Shown here: positions 13,347 to 26,339 of the stretch, piece after piece
Layout: each line of letters starts with the position of its first letter
Position numbering within the stretch: position 1 is the first letter of the stretch
Origin: Octopus vulgaris
Taxonomy: Eukaryota
Direction of reading: 5' to 3'
Assembly: GCA_951406725.2 (NCBI GenBank)
Contig: OX597817.1
Location: 65,720,001 to 65,784,000, forward strand
Length of the DNA stretch: 64,000 bases
Made by a program: the position numbers and the translations under genes
Notes under the pieces: generated by a model
Told to the model about the DNA's origin: nothing
Database searches by the model: none
What the model saw: the letters and a program-made list of their open reading frames with translations, nothing else

Positions 13347-16270
13347 TTAAACACTTTGTTTTTTTTTGGCAATGTTACCTTAAATTACCAGTTGAAATAA
13401 TTGGCACTTAGCAGTTTGTTTTTGTTTCAAAATAGTAACTGTTCATGTGACAGTCCTTGATTATAATAATGATCATCATGATGGTTGAAGAGTAAAATCT
13501 ACTAGGTTGCTCTTAATGTTTGAAATACCCATCCCTAAAAACTGAATTAAAATTATGATTTATTTAACTTCAGGTCAGCCCTGATCAAGCTGACCTGTAA
13601 GACATTTTAGATGTCAATGTATTACAGAAAACTAAGATTGAACACATTCCTATTGTGACTATCTTAACTTTTTGTATATCTAGGTAAGTATACATGTACA
13701 TCGTCCAATGTGTACTTCCTTGTTTTAAGATATAAGGAGTGTTTTAAAGAAGATTTAGCTGCAATTTCTAGCTGGTTGAGCAACTGCAAAGTTTCCTTAA
13801 TAGTTCTATAATGTTCTTGACAATGAACATAATTAATGCTATTGCTTAGGGAAAGTAAGGTTAAGATAGAATGTTATTGCTTGTGAATGTAAGGTAAAAT
13901 AGGTGAATGTTTACCATCTATACACACTCTCACAGACATGCTATAAGTACTACATAGATCTGTAGATTTCAGCCAATGTTGTGTGTGTAAATTAACTAAT
14001 CTCAATTAAATACACTAGACAAGCATAGCTGTGTGAGAAGAAGTTTGTTTCCCAACCACATAGTTTCATGTTCAGTCCCATTGCATGACACCTTAGTCGA
14101 ATATCTTCTATTATAACTCTGGGCTGACCAAATCCTTGTAAGTGGATATGGTTGGCAGAAACTGATAGAAGCCTGTCTTGTATGTTCGTGCTTGTGTGTG
14201 TTACTGTCTCTCTACCTTGACATTGCATGATAGTTGTAACCAAGTGTTACTGTCACACAGTGTCCTTTGTTTTCAGTTTTCCATGATGATGTCTGATCAT
14301 GGAAAATAGTACCTTACTTGGAAACAGGTGAAGGTTCGCAACAGGAAAGACATCTGACCATTGATAATCCACCTCAACAAGTTCTATCTGACCATACAAG
14401 GATGGAAAAGTGAACATTTAGATGATGATGAACGGTCATAAACAACTTACTCTTTGTACAGCCAGGGCAGATTGGCTGGTCCAGCAAATCTTTATTGAGA
14501 TTGCATCAACAACTGACTAGCTTTCTCAAATTGTCTGCAGTGCTACTGGTCTTATTAACTGCTTATTGTTAAGGGCATTATTAACTGTAATTTTATGTTA
14601 GGTCAAATCAGAAATGATCTACTACCGGCAATCAAAGAAACCAGTATTGTTTCGTGATCAAGCAGTCAGCAACTAAGCCAGCTCTGCCTCTCTAGGGTCT
14701 CATCTTGATATATGGAGGCTGTGTAGACAGCTAGTTGTTCATAAATTTTTATGCCTTGTAAGTGTAATTTACCCAGTATTTCTGTTGTTCTAAAAAAAAA
14801 AATTTTAATATCATTTATTTCTAACATACAAAAAGCTTAATATCTTTTTACAAGGGTGGATGAACTCAACTAGAAGGCAGCAAACCTACCAATGAAGTTG
14901 TGGTAGGTCATTAAGGCTGTTGAATCTAGCACTACTGGCTCTCTTGGCAACTCCTGTACCCAATTAACTTTCTGAAGTGTACTAACTTGCCTTTCCTCTA
15001 ATCCAAGGAACCTGTATAAGAGAAACTCTTTGATAAGTGTGAGCCCCACCCTAGATTACTTAAATCAGTCCTGGTTGAAATTTTTCTTCACATTATTATA
15101 AATGACAGGAACATACCACTCCATTTTTATTAATCTACTTAATGTTGACTGAAATTTATAGAAACATTTGAAGGATTAAGAAATATTTGTCTGTGAAATG
15201 AACTCTGTAAATAATGATTTCTTACATAGCCACTAGGTCACACATTTTGGGAGATTTTGTGTTTAATTAAATGAAAACCAGTACATGTAAATCTTGTTTT
15301 TAATCCAGGAAGAATGAAAGGCAAAAACGATTTGAACAATTCATTGAAAAAAGAGAGAGACAGGTTGAAGAATTTATATAACTATAAACTGGGAAACTGA
15401 TGACAGTTTACCAGTTACAATAGTCAATAGGAGAGTTTGATAAGTTAAGCTGTCATGAAGAATAAAGTCTGTCATTTCAGACTTTGCTCTCAATTAGAGA
15501 ATGAAAAATAGAGAAAAGTAGTAACATCAGTTTGATTGTCAACCAGTAAATTGCTGCTAACCTAAGATGGCCATATTTTTCTGTTTCTCACTCTTAGGCA
15601 AAGAACAAGACTTGAAATGTTAGATTCTACTCTCCTTGCAACAACTGAATTTACTGAATACTTAGAAAAGGTATTTTGCTTTTGTTGTTTATGTTCTTAT
15701 GACTGAAACTGGCATTTAAATTCCACTTGAATGAATGGACTTAGTCTCTTAGCCCAATGAAGCTGATAAAATATCAGCATATACTGGAGTCTATTCATTT
15801 CATTTTCTTGCAAATCTGTAGTCTTGTTTGAATGCAAGAAATTTTTCTTATTATTATTATAATCACCATAGATTGACTGAATCATTAGAGAAAATACTAT
15901 GCTCTAGTTTTTTACATTCTGATTTCAAATCTCTGCAAATTCAAATTTACTTTTTGTCCTTCCGAAGTTGATAAAATAAATTATCAGTCAAGTGCTGGGA
16001 TCAGTGGTATCAAAATTAGAAACCATTATTATCATTATTAATGTGATGCTGCATACTATTCTGTAATATGTGCCAGTTGTCTACTAAATGCTTGTTGTGT
16101 CTTCTTGCTGTAAGGATTTAGGAGCCAAATAGTAGTAACACTAGTGTTATTTAGGGGTTAGGACAACCAAGGATATATTACCAATGTTATTGATTCATAA
16201 TGTTGTGTTTAGCTCAGTATGTTTGTGTGTGTATTCATTTTGCTTATTAAAGTATTTTGTTATTTTTCAG

Positions 16271-16363
16271 ATTGCTACCATTCCATAAGTTTTTGAGTCT
16301 AGGGTACCTCATTAGAGGTGCTTGTGTGTATATGAAAAAAGTTGAACAAGAATATTTGCCAGT
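16271..16363 (+). other. GOSR2: 5' UTR portion of the first GOSR2 coding exon
   Basis: A strong acceptor, ttttgttatttttcag, ends at 16270, 93 nt before the ATG, implying an upstream non-coding exon. Confidence 0.65.
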
Positions 16364-17239
16364 ATGGATAATCTATATCACCAAACAAACAAACTAGTCC
16401 AAGAGGTGTGGCAAAATCTCAGTGCTCTGGAACGTGCTACTGACCAAAATGTGCACATCATTGAGAATGATATTCAAGCCCACATTGATATGATTACTAG
16501 TCATTGTGAACGACTTGACTTATTTGTCAACAAGGAACCAGTCAGCCGTCGAGCTGTAGCCAAGATGAAAGTTGACCAGTTGAAATATGATTGCCAGCAT
16601 CTGCAGACAGCCATGAGGCATTTACAACACAAACGGTAAGTATCTGTTGGCTGAAAGCTCATCTCTTTTTTTCCACTTCCTTTCACATTGGTAGTTGAAA
16701 CTCAAACCAATCAATATGTAGTGTTCACAGACATATGTATAAAATATGTGATTACACAACACAGAAGTAGTTTAGATTAATTAGTATAAGTTAATTATTT
16801 CATTTAGTTATAACTCTTTAACTAGCTCTTTCCTTAATGTTTATTCTAATGCTTATTCTGCTCCCTCTTCAGTTACCGCCGAGAAGAAGAAGAACGTGAA
16901 AGGGAAGCACTGCTGTCACGCAAGTTCACCACCAATGATGACAACACCTCAATTGAAATTGACCATGCACTTCGGCACAACACCCAACTGCAGAATTCCC
17001 ACCGTGGCATTGATGATCTGCTTGGTGCTGGTACCAATGTGCTGAGCAGCTTAAAAGAACAGAGTGTTACTCTGAAGGGAACACACAAGAAGATCCTTGA
17101 CATTGCTAACATGCTTGGATTGTCAAACACTGTTATGCGACTCATTGAGAAGCGTACTTCTCAGGACAAAATCATTCTCTTTGTGGGCATGCTGGTTACT
17201 TGTCTTATTATGTATATTGTTATAGCCTATCTAATCTGA
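16364..17239 (+). CDS. GOSR2: Golgi SNAP receptor complex member 2 (membrin/GS27), 212 aa, join(16364..16635,16873..17239)
   Basis: Exon 1 [17 protein letters not shown]...[21 protein letters not shown] ends at CG|gtaagt (16636). The acceptor ctcttcag|T (16872) continues the frame: [23 protein letters not shown]...[29 protein letters not shown], a C-terminal transmembrane segment, then TGA. Total 639 nt. These motifs match GOSR2/membrin. Confidence 0.96.
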
Positions 17240-17453
17240 TCTCTCCCTACCAGTATCTTTCTGTCCATCATTCCCTCTCTCTTCTCTTCATCATTCTCCA
17301 TCCCCCATTCTTCTTTGTAGCTTCTTTGTTAAGTTGCTGTCTGGTCAGAAGCTGCACATGTTCACTGCTATGGCTATAATCATATCAAATAACCTCATAG
17401 TTTGCCTTATCTAGTCTTCCCACTACAGCAGAGACAGTTTAAGACAGTTTAAA

Positions 17454-17459
17454 AATAAA
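17454..17459 (+). terminator. Candidate polyadenylation signal AATAAA for GOSR2
   Basis: First AATAAA I noted downstream of the stop codon; others occur near 18560 and 18609. Confidence 0.3.
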
Positions 17460-20400
17460 CTCTGAAACCCCTAACTCCTATTTTTGATGGCAATTTCTTT
17501 TCTTCCCTTCCCCTTCCTTCAAAATAATATTCTACTGCTACTACCATCACCACTACCAGATATTCTCTCATGGTTGTTGTAGAGATGATTCTGACAATAG
17601 AGCCAGCCAGCTTTGTGATGTATTACATTTTCCTTATTGCGAGCAGTTTTGATTTATGTTCAAACCCCATTAGCATTGACTTTGCTTCTCATCATATTTG
17701 GAACAACAATATAAGTTTGACCTGTTTAGTCAAATTACTCTTCCCTGTATATTTTACCTCAAGCATAGCTTAAAAGTGACCATCATTGCTGTGCTAGAAT
17801 TCGTGCAGTGTCCTCGGGAAAGGTATGAATAATACAACTTCCAATTTTTCATTCTTTCTAAATTTTTAGGTTTCATACCCAGTCAAGCAGTTATTATGGA
17901 TTAGCAGAATCATTAGCACATCAGACAAATGCCTTGCACTCTAAATTCAAACACCACTAAGGTTAACTTTGCCTTTCATCATTCCATAATCGATTAAATA
18001 AGTACTAGTCAAGTAGTGGTTGATTTAATCGACTGTTCCCTTTCCCAAATTCTTGGCCTTATGTCTAGGCTAGAAATATTATTTTGTTATGTAAATTATC
18101 AGTGAATGGAACCAACAAGCCACGTTTAATTCCCAGTTGAAACTATTTCACTTTTATCATTAATATGCTTAGGAAAAGGCATGCATATTAACAACCCTCC
18201 TCAAACACCCCTCCCTTTAAATTTGTCATCTTGTACCAAAGTTATGTCATTATTACTACTTGACGAAAGTAATAGTGATGGATTGAATGTCTTGTATTTG
18301 CTCATGTTCCTTTGTGTTCTGAGTTCAAATCCTGCTGAGGTTGACTTTGTCTTTCAACCTTCCAGGCTGCAATATAATAAATTACAAAATGAGTTGATTC
18401 AATTGACAATACCTCCCCTTTCCCCCAAAAGTGTGGCCCTGTTCTCATGCTGGAAAAAAATTATTACTATTTAAGAAACATTTGCAAAGTAATGATTCTT
18501 TGTAACCCACAAATTCCCAAATGACTAATTCTGTCCTCACCTCACTGACTTTCCAACAAAATAAAACTGAGTGAACAATGAAAATGAAAAAAAAAAGAAT
18601 GATAAAAAATAAATGAATGAATGAACTAAAAATCAAAAGAATGTATATTTCCTGTTTTCTCTTGAATCACTTATTCATTAGCTGTCATTAAAGAATATTA
18701 TGTCACAATTAAAATTATGAAACTGAGTGAGTGAAGGTTACAACTGTGTGAATGAAGGTTACAACTGTGTGAATAGATGCAGTATTCGTGGTCTACTAGA
18801 CTGGTAAAGAGATCAAAGGTTTGTATCTTACAATTTGTGCTACAGTGTTCCTGATAAAGACGTCTAATTCTCTATAATTTTGTTTACTTTCCTGTACATC
18901 TGTAGCATAAGGAAATAATGTACACTGCCTGATCAAACAAAGGAACCTCTACATTGTTACTCAACCTGCTGTCAAATCTTCAAACCATACCCTACTGTTT
19001 TTAAAAAGGAAAGGATGCATTGGACTATATAGTCCTATATATATACCTCCTAAAAAGATGTGGCAATCATGGCTGGAGCACTTTGGGTCTGATTCCACTG
19101 TATGATATCTTGAGCAAGTACCCTTTACTACAAGCCTCAAATTGACCAATGTTTTGTTTGTGTAATTTGGTAGACAAACTGTGGCTACAAATAGAGATTG
19201 ATGAAGTAAGCATTGGAGTTGATATGGTCCCCTAAAAAATCTTGATCAGGATTGATAAGAGACTACGCAGCAAAAGTGCACTGCTTGCTGTAAGCAAACT
19301 CAGTACTGCAAAGATAGTACATGTTAGAGGACTTTTCAATTGTGAAATCTATCCCTCTTGTAAGCTTGAGAAAAGGTGAGTGGCACTACTCCACATCTGA
19401 TGATGTTGCCAGTAGACTGGCATGTAAACTAGTCTTCATGACTCTACTAAACAAACCATCCTTTGAGCTAAACAACCTAACTAGCTTCACTGATCCAGGT
19501 ATTATGGTGTTAAGTAATAATGTTGCATATCTTACCACTATTGCTTGCATTTTGTTCATATGACCCTGAAACAATACAGTTTCATTGTGTATTGCAACAA
19601 TTATACCATGATGTTGACACAAATATGACCCAGTGGTTAAGTTTCCTACACAGTTAAGTGGACCCTACTTTAATGTCGCTGCATGGCATCTTAAGTATTT
19701 TTTTACTATAGACTAAGGTTCCATATTGTGTGTAAAACTGGATAGATGAAACTATGGAAAGTTTTAGATTGACTTTGTTGCATATTATGGGTCAACCTTA
19801 AAATTGTGTTGATAATATGCTTCTCTGTAGATAACACTGTTGTTCAAGATAAGCATTCAGTTGATCACGATTGAAGCTGATGGAGTATGTAGTTTTTAGC
19901 TACCTGCTGATTAAAAATTTTTTTTATTTTCCAGTTAAATGTTTTCTCTTCATTATAGGCACATATATGAGTTTGTGTTTTTGGATTAGTTGTACCTTTA
20001 ATTTGATAAGACCACAAGTAAATCTATTGAGCAAGGAAGATAAATTTACTTACTGGTAGGTCATTGTTCGATATAAATGTGTCAATGTGAAAAGGTCAAT
20101 CAAGAATGAGCTCAGTTTATTTTTTTATATTTCAATCACCAAACTGTTTATAATCTTACTCAAGAAGTGGATTGAAGTAGGGCATTACCATATGAAGTTG
20201 ACATCTAGTTGGTTATAAAGTTTTCAAGAGGGTAAAGATAATTTTGTATAAAGACATATGATGGTGTGGTGAATTGAAATGTAATGCAGATATAGATATT
20301 GTAAATGTGATCAACACTCCAGTAAATGATGATTCATTTTAATCTTTTAGTCAACTGAGTTGTTTATGCTATTAATGCCGTCAGTATACCTGGTGGTAAT

Positions 20401-20714
20401 GGTGGTGGGATGGGGTTGGCAGAATCATTAGAACATAAGGCAAAATGTTTGTAGTACTTTGTTAAAGCATGTTACTTTTTGTGTTTGATTCTTGCTAAGG
20501 TCAATTTTGCTTTTCATCGATTGATAAAGATAAAGTACCACTTAAGTACTGCTATTAATTTGGCATTCTTTTCAAGTCCATGACAGCATTTTCTGTTACC
20601 CATTTCATATAACTCAAATTACAATGTTATCAATTAGGTAACCTTTACATCCACTATTATTCAGTATGTATATATAGCTACTTAACTAGGAGAATGACTA
20701 TCTAAATATATTCT

Positions 20715-20945
20715 TTTCTACTGTAGGCACAAGGTTCAAAATTTTGGGGGAAGGGGGCCAGTCGATTAGATGGACCCCAGTATGTAACTGGTACTTAATT
20801 TATCGACCCTGAAAGTATGAAAGGCAAAGTCGACCTTGGAGGAATTTGAACTCTGAACATGAAGACAGGCGAAATTCCGCTAAGCATTTCGCCCGTTGAG
20901 CTGGTAGAAACGTTAGTGCTAACGTTTCTGCCAGCTCGCTGCCTT
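20715..20945 (-). mobile_element. SINE family A copy, adjacent to an RTE 3'-tail fragment (about 20950-21220, minus)
   Basis: Reverse complement of the family A head and central domain. Confidence 0.75.
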
Positions 20946-22917
20946 ATCTATCATTATCGTCGTTTAATGTCTGCTTTCCTTGCTGGCATGGGTTGGACGG
21001 TTTTGACTGAGGACTGGCGAGCCAGAAGGCTGCACCAGGCTCCTATCTGATCTGGCAAAGTTTTTACAGCTGGATGCCCTTCCTAATGCCAACCACTCCG
21101 AGAGTGTAGTGGGTGCTTTTATGTGTCACCGGCACGAGGGCCAGTCAGGCGGTTCTGGTAACGACCACGCTCAAAAGGTGTTTTTTACGTGCTACCTGCA
21201 TGGGAACCAGTCCGGTGGCCTATCTAAATATATTGACATATGTATATGTGTGTGTACCCTGGTACAGACATATGGTGATTATCATAGAAGTGAAGTTGTT
21301 TATTTCTGGTCTTCTGTGAAAAAGATGTCTGAGCATAGAGAAACTTTACCTTGCTTGGAAATAGGTTATGATTGGTGATAGGAAGGGCATGTGGTTGTAG
21401 AAAATCTGCCTGAAGAAATTCAGTCTGAGCCAGCAAATATGGAAAAGTGGATGTTAAATAATGATGATTATATGTATGTATGTATAAATAATAATAATCA
21501 TCATTTTACACCCATCTCCCATGCTGGCATGAGTTTGATAATTCAACAAGACCAGAAGATTGTGTCATGCTCCAATATCTATTTCGGCATGGCTGGGTGT
21601 TCTTAATGCTAACCACTTTACTAAGTGTATTAAGTGCTTTTACTTAATGTCAGTACTAATAAGGTTACCATGTAACCTGCAAGACTAGAGTATAATTGAG
21701 AAGGAGGGATAATTTTGCTAGGTGTTGAGGAGTTAAATTATGAGAGAAGACACAGGAACAGCTTTTTAGTGGTAAAGGAGATACATGGCTTTATATTAAA
21801 CAAGGTGGAGCTGGGAAGAATGATCAAGATAATATGACAAGATGTCAGAATGTGTCTTCATGGTACAAAGTGAATAGGAAAGAGTGGAACAAAAGATGAG
21901 TGGACAGAGGTTGCAAGAGTGTGAAATGGGTAGGTGTAGGTGTGAATAGTGAACAAGAGTGGATGATGATAAATATGAGTTCCAAGGGAAAGCAGGGTAG
22001 ATTGACTGATGACAATTAGTACAGGAAGGTTGAAGAGCAGTAGAATAATTGTAATATATACATACATGAAAAGTAAGTAGTACTGGAGGAGATGAGTTGT
22101 GGCAGAATTGTTAGGAAGCCTAATAAAATGCTTGTTTGATTATTCATTCTTAGTCTCAAAATTTGCTGTAGCCCAGAAGGTGGTATCTTGTAAAAAAACA
22201 TGCAAAGGAAGACAAAACCTTTGTATTTTCCCGAATGATGTAAGGCAAAAATGTCACAGCATCTCATTCCCCTGTAACTTTGCATAAGATAAATAGTATT
22301 TGAAATATCAAAAAGTTTTGTATGGCTAGAGAATATTAGTTGATTGAATCTATCTCCATTTATTTGTATGGCTGGAGAAATGTAATGGTGTGACATTCTT
22401 GCTGCCTCAGGGAATTAATGGTGTAAATGGAGCTGGCACTTCAACACACTTCATCCTCAGTGTCTTAATGATATTTTTGGAACTTGTAATAGTGAGGTGT
22501 ACAAATCAAGTAATATAGTCCTCTTACTTCCTTCATTACTGATTTCCCAGTTTTCTTTGTAATTGAACATAAATAGAACTAGTTAGATATCTATAATATT
22601 CTGCTTATGATGCCTTGTGCTCAAGTGTTACACTTAATAAATCTTAGCTATGGAATAAAATCCAAGATATATTTGAAATATGAAGTTTATAGGCACAAGC
22701 ATAGCTGTGTGCTTAAGAAACTTGTTTTGCAAGTATCTTTTACTATAGCCTTGGATTAACCAATGCCTTCTGAGTGTATTTGATAGATGGAAACTGTGTG
22801 AAAGCTTGTTATATGTGTGTGTATGCACGTTATATGTGTGTTTGTTCCCTGACACTGCATGACAACTGGTGTTGCTTTGTTTACATCCCCATTAATTAAT
22901 GATTCGGTAAAAATGTT

Positions 22918-23290
22918 GGTAAATTTTTTGAGTAACACCCGCATGATTTTTACTAAGGAAAAAAAAATCCGAGTTCTATTATTATTATTTTTTGCCTTAA
23001 TGAAAATCGTGCTAGTGAAAAGATCAATGGGGTGGGGGTGAAATTTCCACCTCGTTTTTCGAACCCCAAAAAGGGTTTTGCAGCATATTAGGAGGTCACA
23101 TGAATTCATTCCACGGAAAAAGGAAAAAATGATTCCGAGACGGGGAGGATTCCCCCTCGCACTCCACTTTTCGAACCAAAACAAGAGATCTGCAGCATAT
23201 TAGGAGGTCAGGGTACTTTATTCCACGCAAAAAATCCGATTTTTTTTTCTCTTAGCGAAAATCGTGCGGGTGTTACTCAAAAAATTTACC
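22918..23290. mobile_element. MITE with TIRs of about 50 bp (GGTAA terminus, Merlin-like), inserted into a SINE
   Basis: ggtaaattttttgagtaacacccgca versus tgcgggtgttactcaaaaaatttacc, with an internal direct repeat tgcagcatattaggaggtca. The TSD is degenerate. Confidence 0.75.
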
Positions 23291-24681
23291 GAAATGACTA
23301 AAAAAAAATTTTAAGATTTATTAAGTACTAGAGTTGATTTGTTTAACTAAACCGTTTGAGGTGCTGCTCCGGCATGGCCACAGTCCAACGGCTGAAACAA
23401 GTAATAAAAGATTACAAATTTTACTGTAACGCTTAAAAAAAAAGAAAACTTAAAATGAAAACGAATACGCAATTCAAGTCTTTAACATCTGAAACTGTTA
23501 TAAATTTAGACATCAAAATATTAAATAGGAACATTTATAAAATGTGGTATTTCCGTGGGGGCCCTTGTAGCAATTTCCTACTGTGAAATAAGTGTCTTAG
23601 ATCTTTGACGAATTTGATATTCTGTAGTATTAAATACTATTACAAAACAAAACAATCGTGAATGCAATGATAGTGTGCGTTTTAAATGGATGTTATGATT
23701 CTTCCATTATGTAATAGCTTCTATTAGAATATCGGTGTAATAATCAGGGGGAACAACTGTAAAAGGTAACTTGTTTCGATAAGTTATCTACCTTGAAATG
23801 CTTAGCTTTCCGAGATAACTGGTGATGGCCTGAATTGGTAAGGGAATGTGTAAACATGAAATTCATCAAATACAATAAATGCTGTGAGAAGAGGTAAATT
23901 CGGACATTTTGTATTTTCCGAATTTTGTTTAACTATGAAACTGTCTGCTTCTATTTTCCGACAGTTTCGTTGGAAAATACACAGCTCTCATCGCATGTAC
24001 ATAGGCGCTGCGCACCGGTTTTAAAATAGCAACCCGAATCCTCGAACCTCTAAACGGTTGATTGACTTACCAAAAATATCAAATCTCATCCTACCATCTA
24101 AAAATAAATGGTTTGATTGTAGTTCTAGACACCACTAGAAAGGCGTGTAGGTGAAGGTTGGAAGGCCATTTGATTATAAATTTGCTCAATCAGGGTTGAC
24201 CTTCAGTTAAACAACAACAATTTGAACCTTAACAGGTACAAGTTAAAAGGGTGCTTATATATTTAATGCAGGAAGCATAAAAAAAACAAATATTATTAAT
24301 CACTGATTAATATTGATTTCCAATTTTGGCACAAAGCCAGCAGTTTCGAGGGAAGGGATAAGTCGATTATATCGATCCCAGTCCTCAGGCTGGTACTTAA
24401 TTTATCGACCTCGAAAGGATGACAGGCAAAGTGGACCTCGGCAGAATTTGGACTCAGGACATGAAGACAGAAGAGATGCCACTAAGCATTTTTCTCAGCG
24501 CGGTAACGATTCTGATTGATATCGTTAAGTAAAACATAAAATCAATTGAAATAGTGATGTTCTGTGTTGGTAAAGAGTTCAAACAGAGAAATAAATGTTA
24601 TGCCGTGAGTAATGAGAAAAGATGGTTTTTGTGAAGTACAGGAGACACCACCATATGTTAAAGGCTTTATTATAACCTTCA

Positions 24682-26339
24682 TCAGAGAAGCAGAGACTTC
24701 ACACTTGCTGAAGTGGTGATGGGAGAACCACTAAGTAAATGTTCAAGTTGACGTAGACGACTCGAATAGTTTAGAGGATTACTTGGAGACGCCATCTGCA
24801 AGAAAAACAATAGTTATGTTAATGTTAGCATGTTTAACATAGCTATCTATAGATAGTTAGCATTGAAGAGAAAAGCAATATTAATCCATTAAAGCCAGTA
24901 TCCTATAAATCTTACTTTCAACTGGAATTCCGTAACGCGAAATTTTCCCCATTGACGTTCATAGAAATTGAAAAGTATCCCGACGGAATTCTTCTTGAAA
25001 AAAAAAATCAACCACATTAATATCTGAAAATAAAACAAGATTAGTTACATTAGTACAGAACTTATTAGGATTGTAGTTATGATGTCAAGTGCTATGAGTA
25101 GAAGTGATGCGATGTAGTTACTAGGAGTGAAAGAGTATATTCTGCCCTGTAAGTCATAACCATCACTCACTGCTTGAGAGGTGAAAACCTTTTCCAAAGT
25201 TGTTCCACGTTTAAGGCACACCATCTCTTTGTATAGTTCAGTGAAGATACTGATCTTATAATGTACTTCGCTTGTAATTTTTCTATTTAATGATACGTTC
25301 ACATTTAGGATTGTTATTAACAAAGACTTACAAACTTTCCTCTATAACGGCCATCAACTGAAGCTGGGTGGCTGAAGCTTTTGTATCCTCCGCAGGTACA
25401 GCATCCTGAGATGCTCAATGTATCAAGCTTTCTCTACAAGATTCAAGTAGCTCAACCATATCATGTACACCTCCAAGCTATATCATTTGCCAACATCACA
25501 ATATCAAGCTAAATTTAATGTAGATTTTCCATTTGTAGCAATTGCCATTCTGGCAATGTTTTTTTGAAATGCTATTTCTTTACTACCCACAAGGGGCTAA
25601 ACACAGAGAGGACAAACAAGGACAGGCAAACGGATTAAATCGATTATATTGACCCCAGTGCGTAACTGGTACTTATTTAATCGACCCCGAAAGAATGAAA
25701 GGCAAAGTGGACCTCGGTCGAATTTGAACACAGAACGTAGCGGCAGACGAAATACCTATTTCTTTACTAGCCACAAGGAGCTAAACATAGAGTGGACAAA
25801 CAAGAACAGACAAAGGGATTTAGTCGATTACATCGACCCCCAGTGCGTAACTGGTACTTAATTTATCGACCCCGAAAGGATGAAAGGCAAAGTCGACCTC
25901 GGCGGAATTTGAACTCAGAACATAACGGCAGACGAAATACGGCTACGCATTTCGCTTGGTGTGCTAACGTTTCTACCAGCTCGCCGCTTCTATATGTAAA
26001 TCGTCATATAAACTTTTAACTTTTACTTGAATGTCCATCGCGTTTATCGGCACATTTCGTCCAGCCTAATTTTCGATCTACACGCTGAAGTGTTGTTCCA
26101 TATTTAGCACCACAATCACATCGGGTCTAAAAAAAAAAAGAAAGAATAAAAAACAATATCCTGGAAGTTAATGGAGTAGCTACTCAAACAGTTGACCCAA
26201 TGTTGTCTTTATTGTTAAATATCATTCTCACTGTAGATGTTGCAAGCTTTCGAGGTTTTAGCAATATGGGTAAGTTTAAAGCACCACGTAATCCCTTAAT
26301 TCCTTTTCGTACAACGTTCCAGTCATCGTCAATAAGGGA
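24682..26339 (-). pseudogene. Unidentified multi-exon gene or pseudogene with compact introns; exons 26339..26232, 26126..26027, about 25477..25332, 25249..25171, 25023..24916, 24795..24682
   Basis: Four phase-compatible GT-AG introns of 105, 82, 147 and 120 nt join SLIDDDWNVVRKGIKG..., TRCDCGAKYG..., LGGVHDMVELLESC..., IFTELYKEMVCLKRG..., ILMWLIFFFKK... and MASPSNPLNYSSRLRQLE...stop. AATAAA follows the stop. There is an in-frame TGA at 25417..25415, and the 5' end of exon 3 is disrupted. Confidence 0.6.
25573..25987 (-). mobile_element. SINE family A head-to-tail dimer inside the minus-strand gene model
   Basis: Two units (25987..25757 and 25756..25573), each ending in the cttgtgg..agtaaagaaatag tail. 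Confidence 0.8.

Noticed and set aside
18727-18775. 22-bp tandem duplication (also a 16-bp duplication at about 26979-27012)
   Set aside because: Ordinary slippage duplications with no further structure.
25415-25417. Selenocysteine or readthrough at the in-frame TGA
   Set aside because: Other lesions lie nearby and no SECIS is evident; CGA-to-TGA decay is the simpler explanation.
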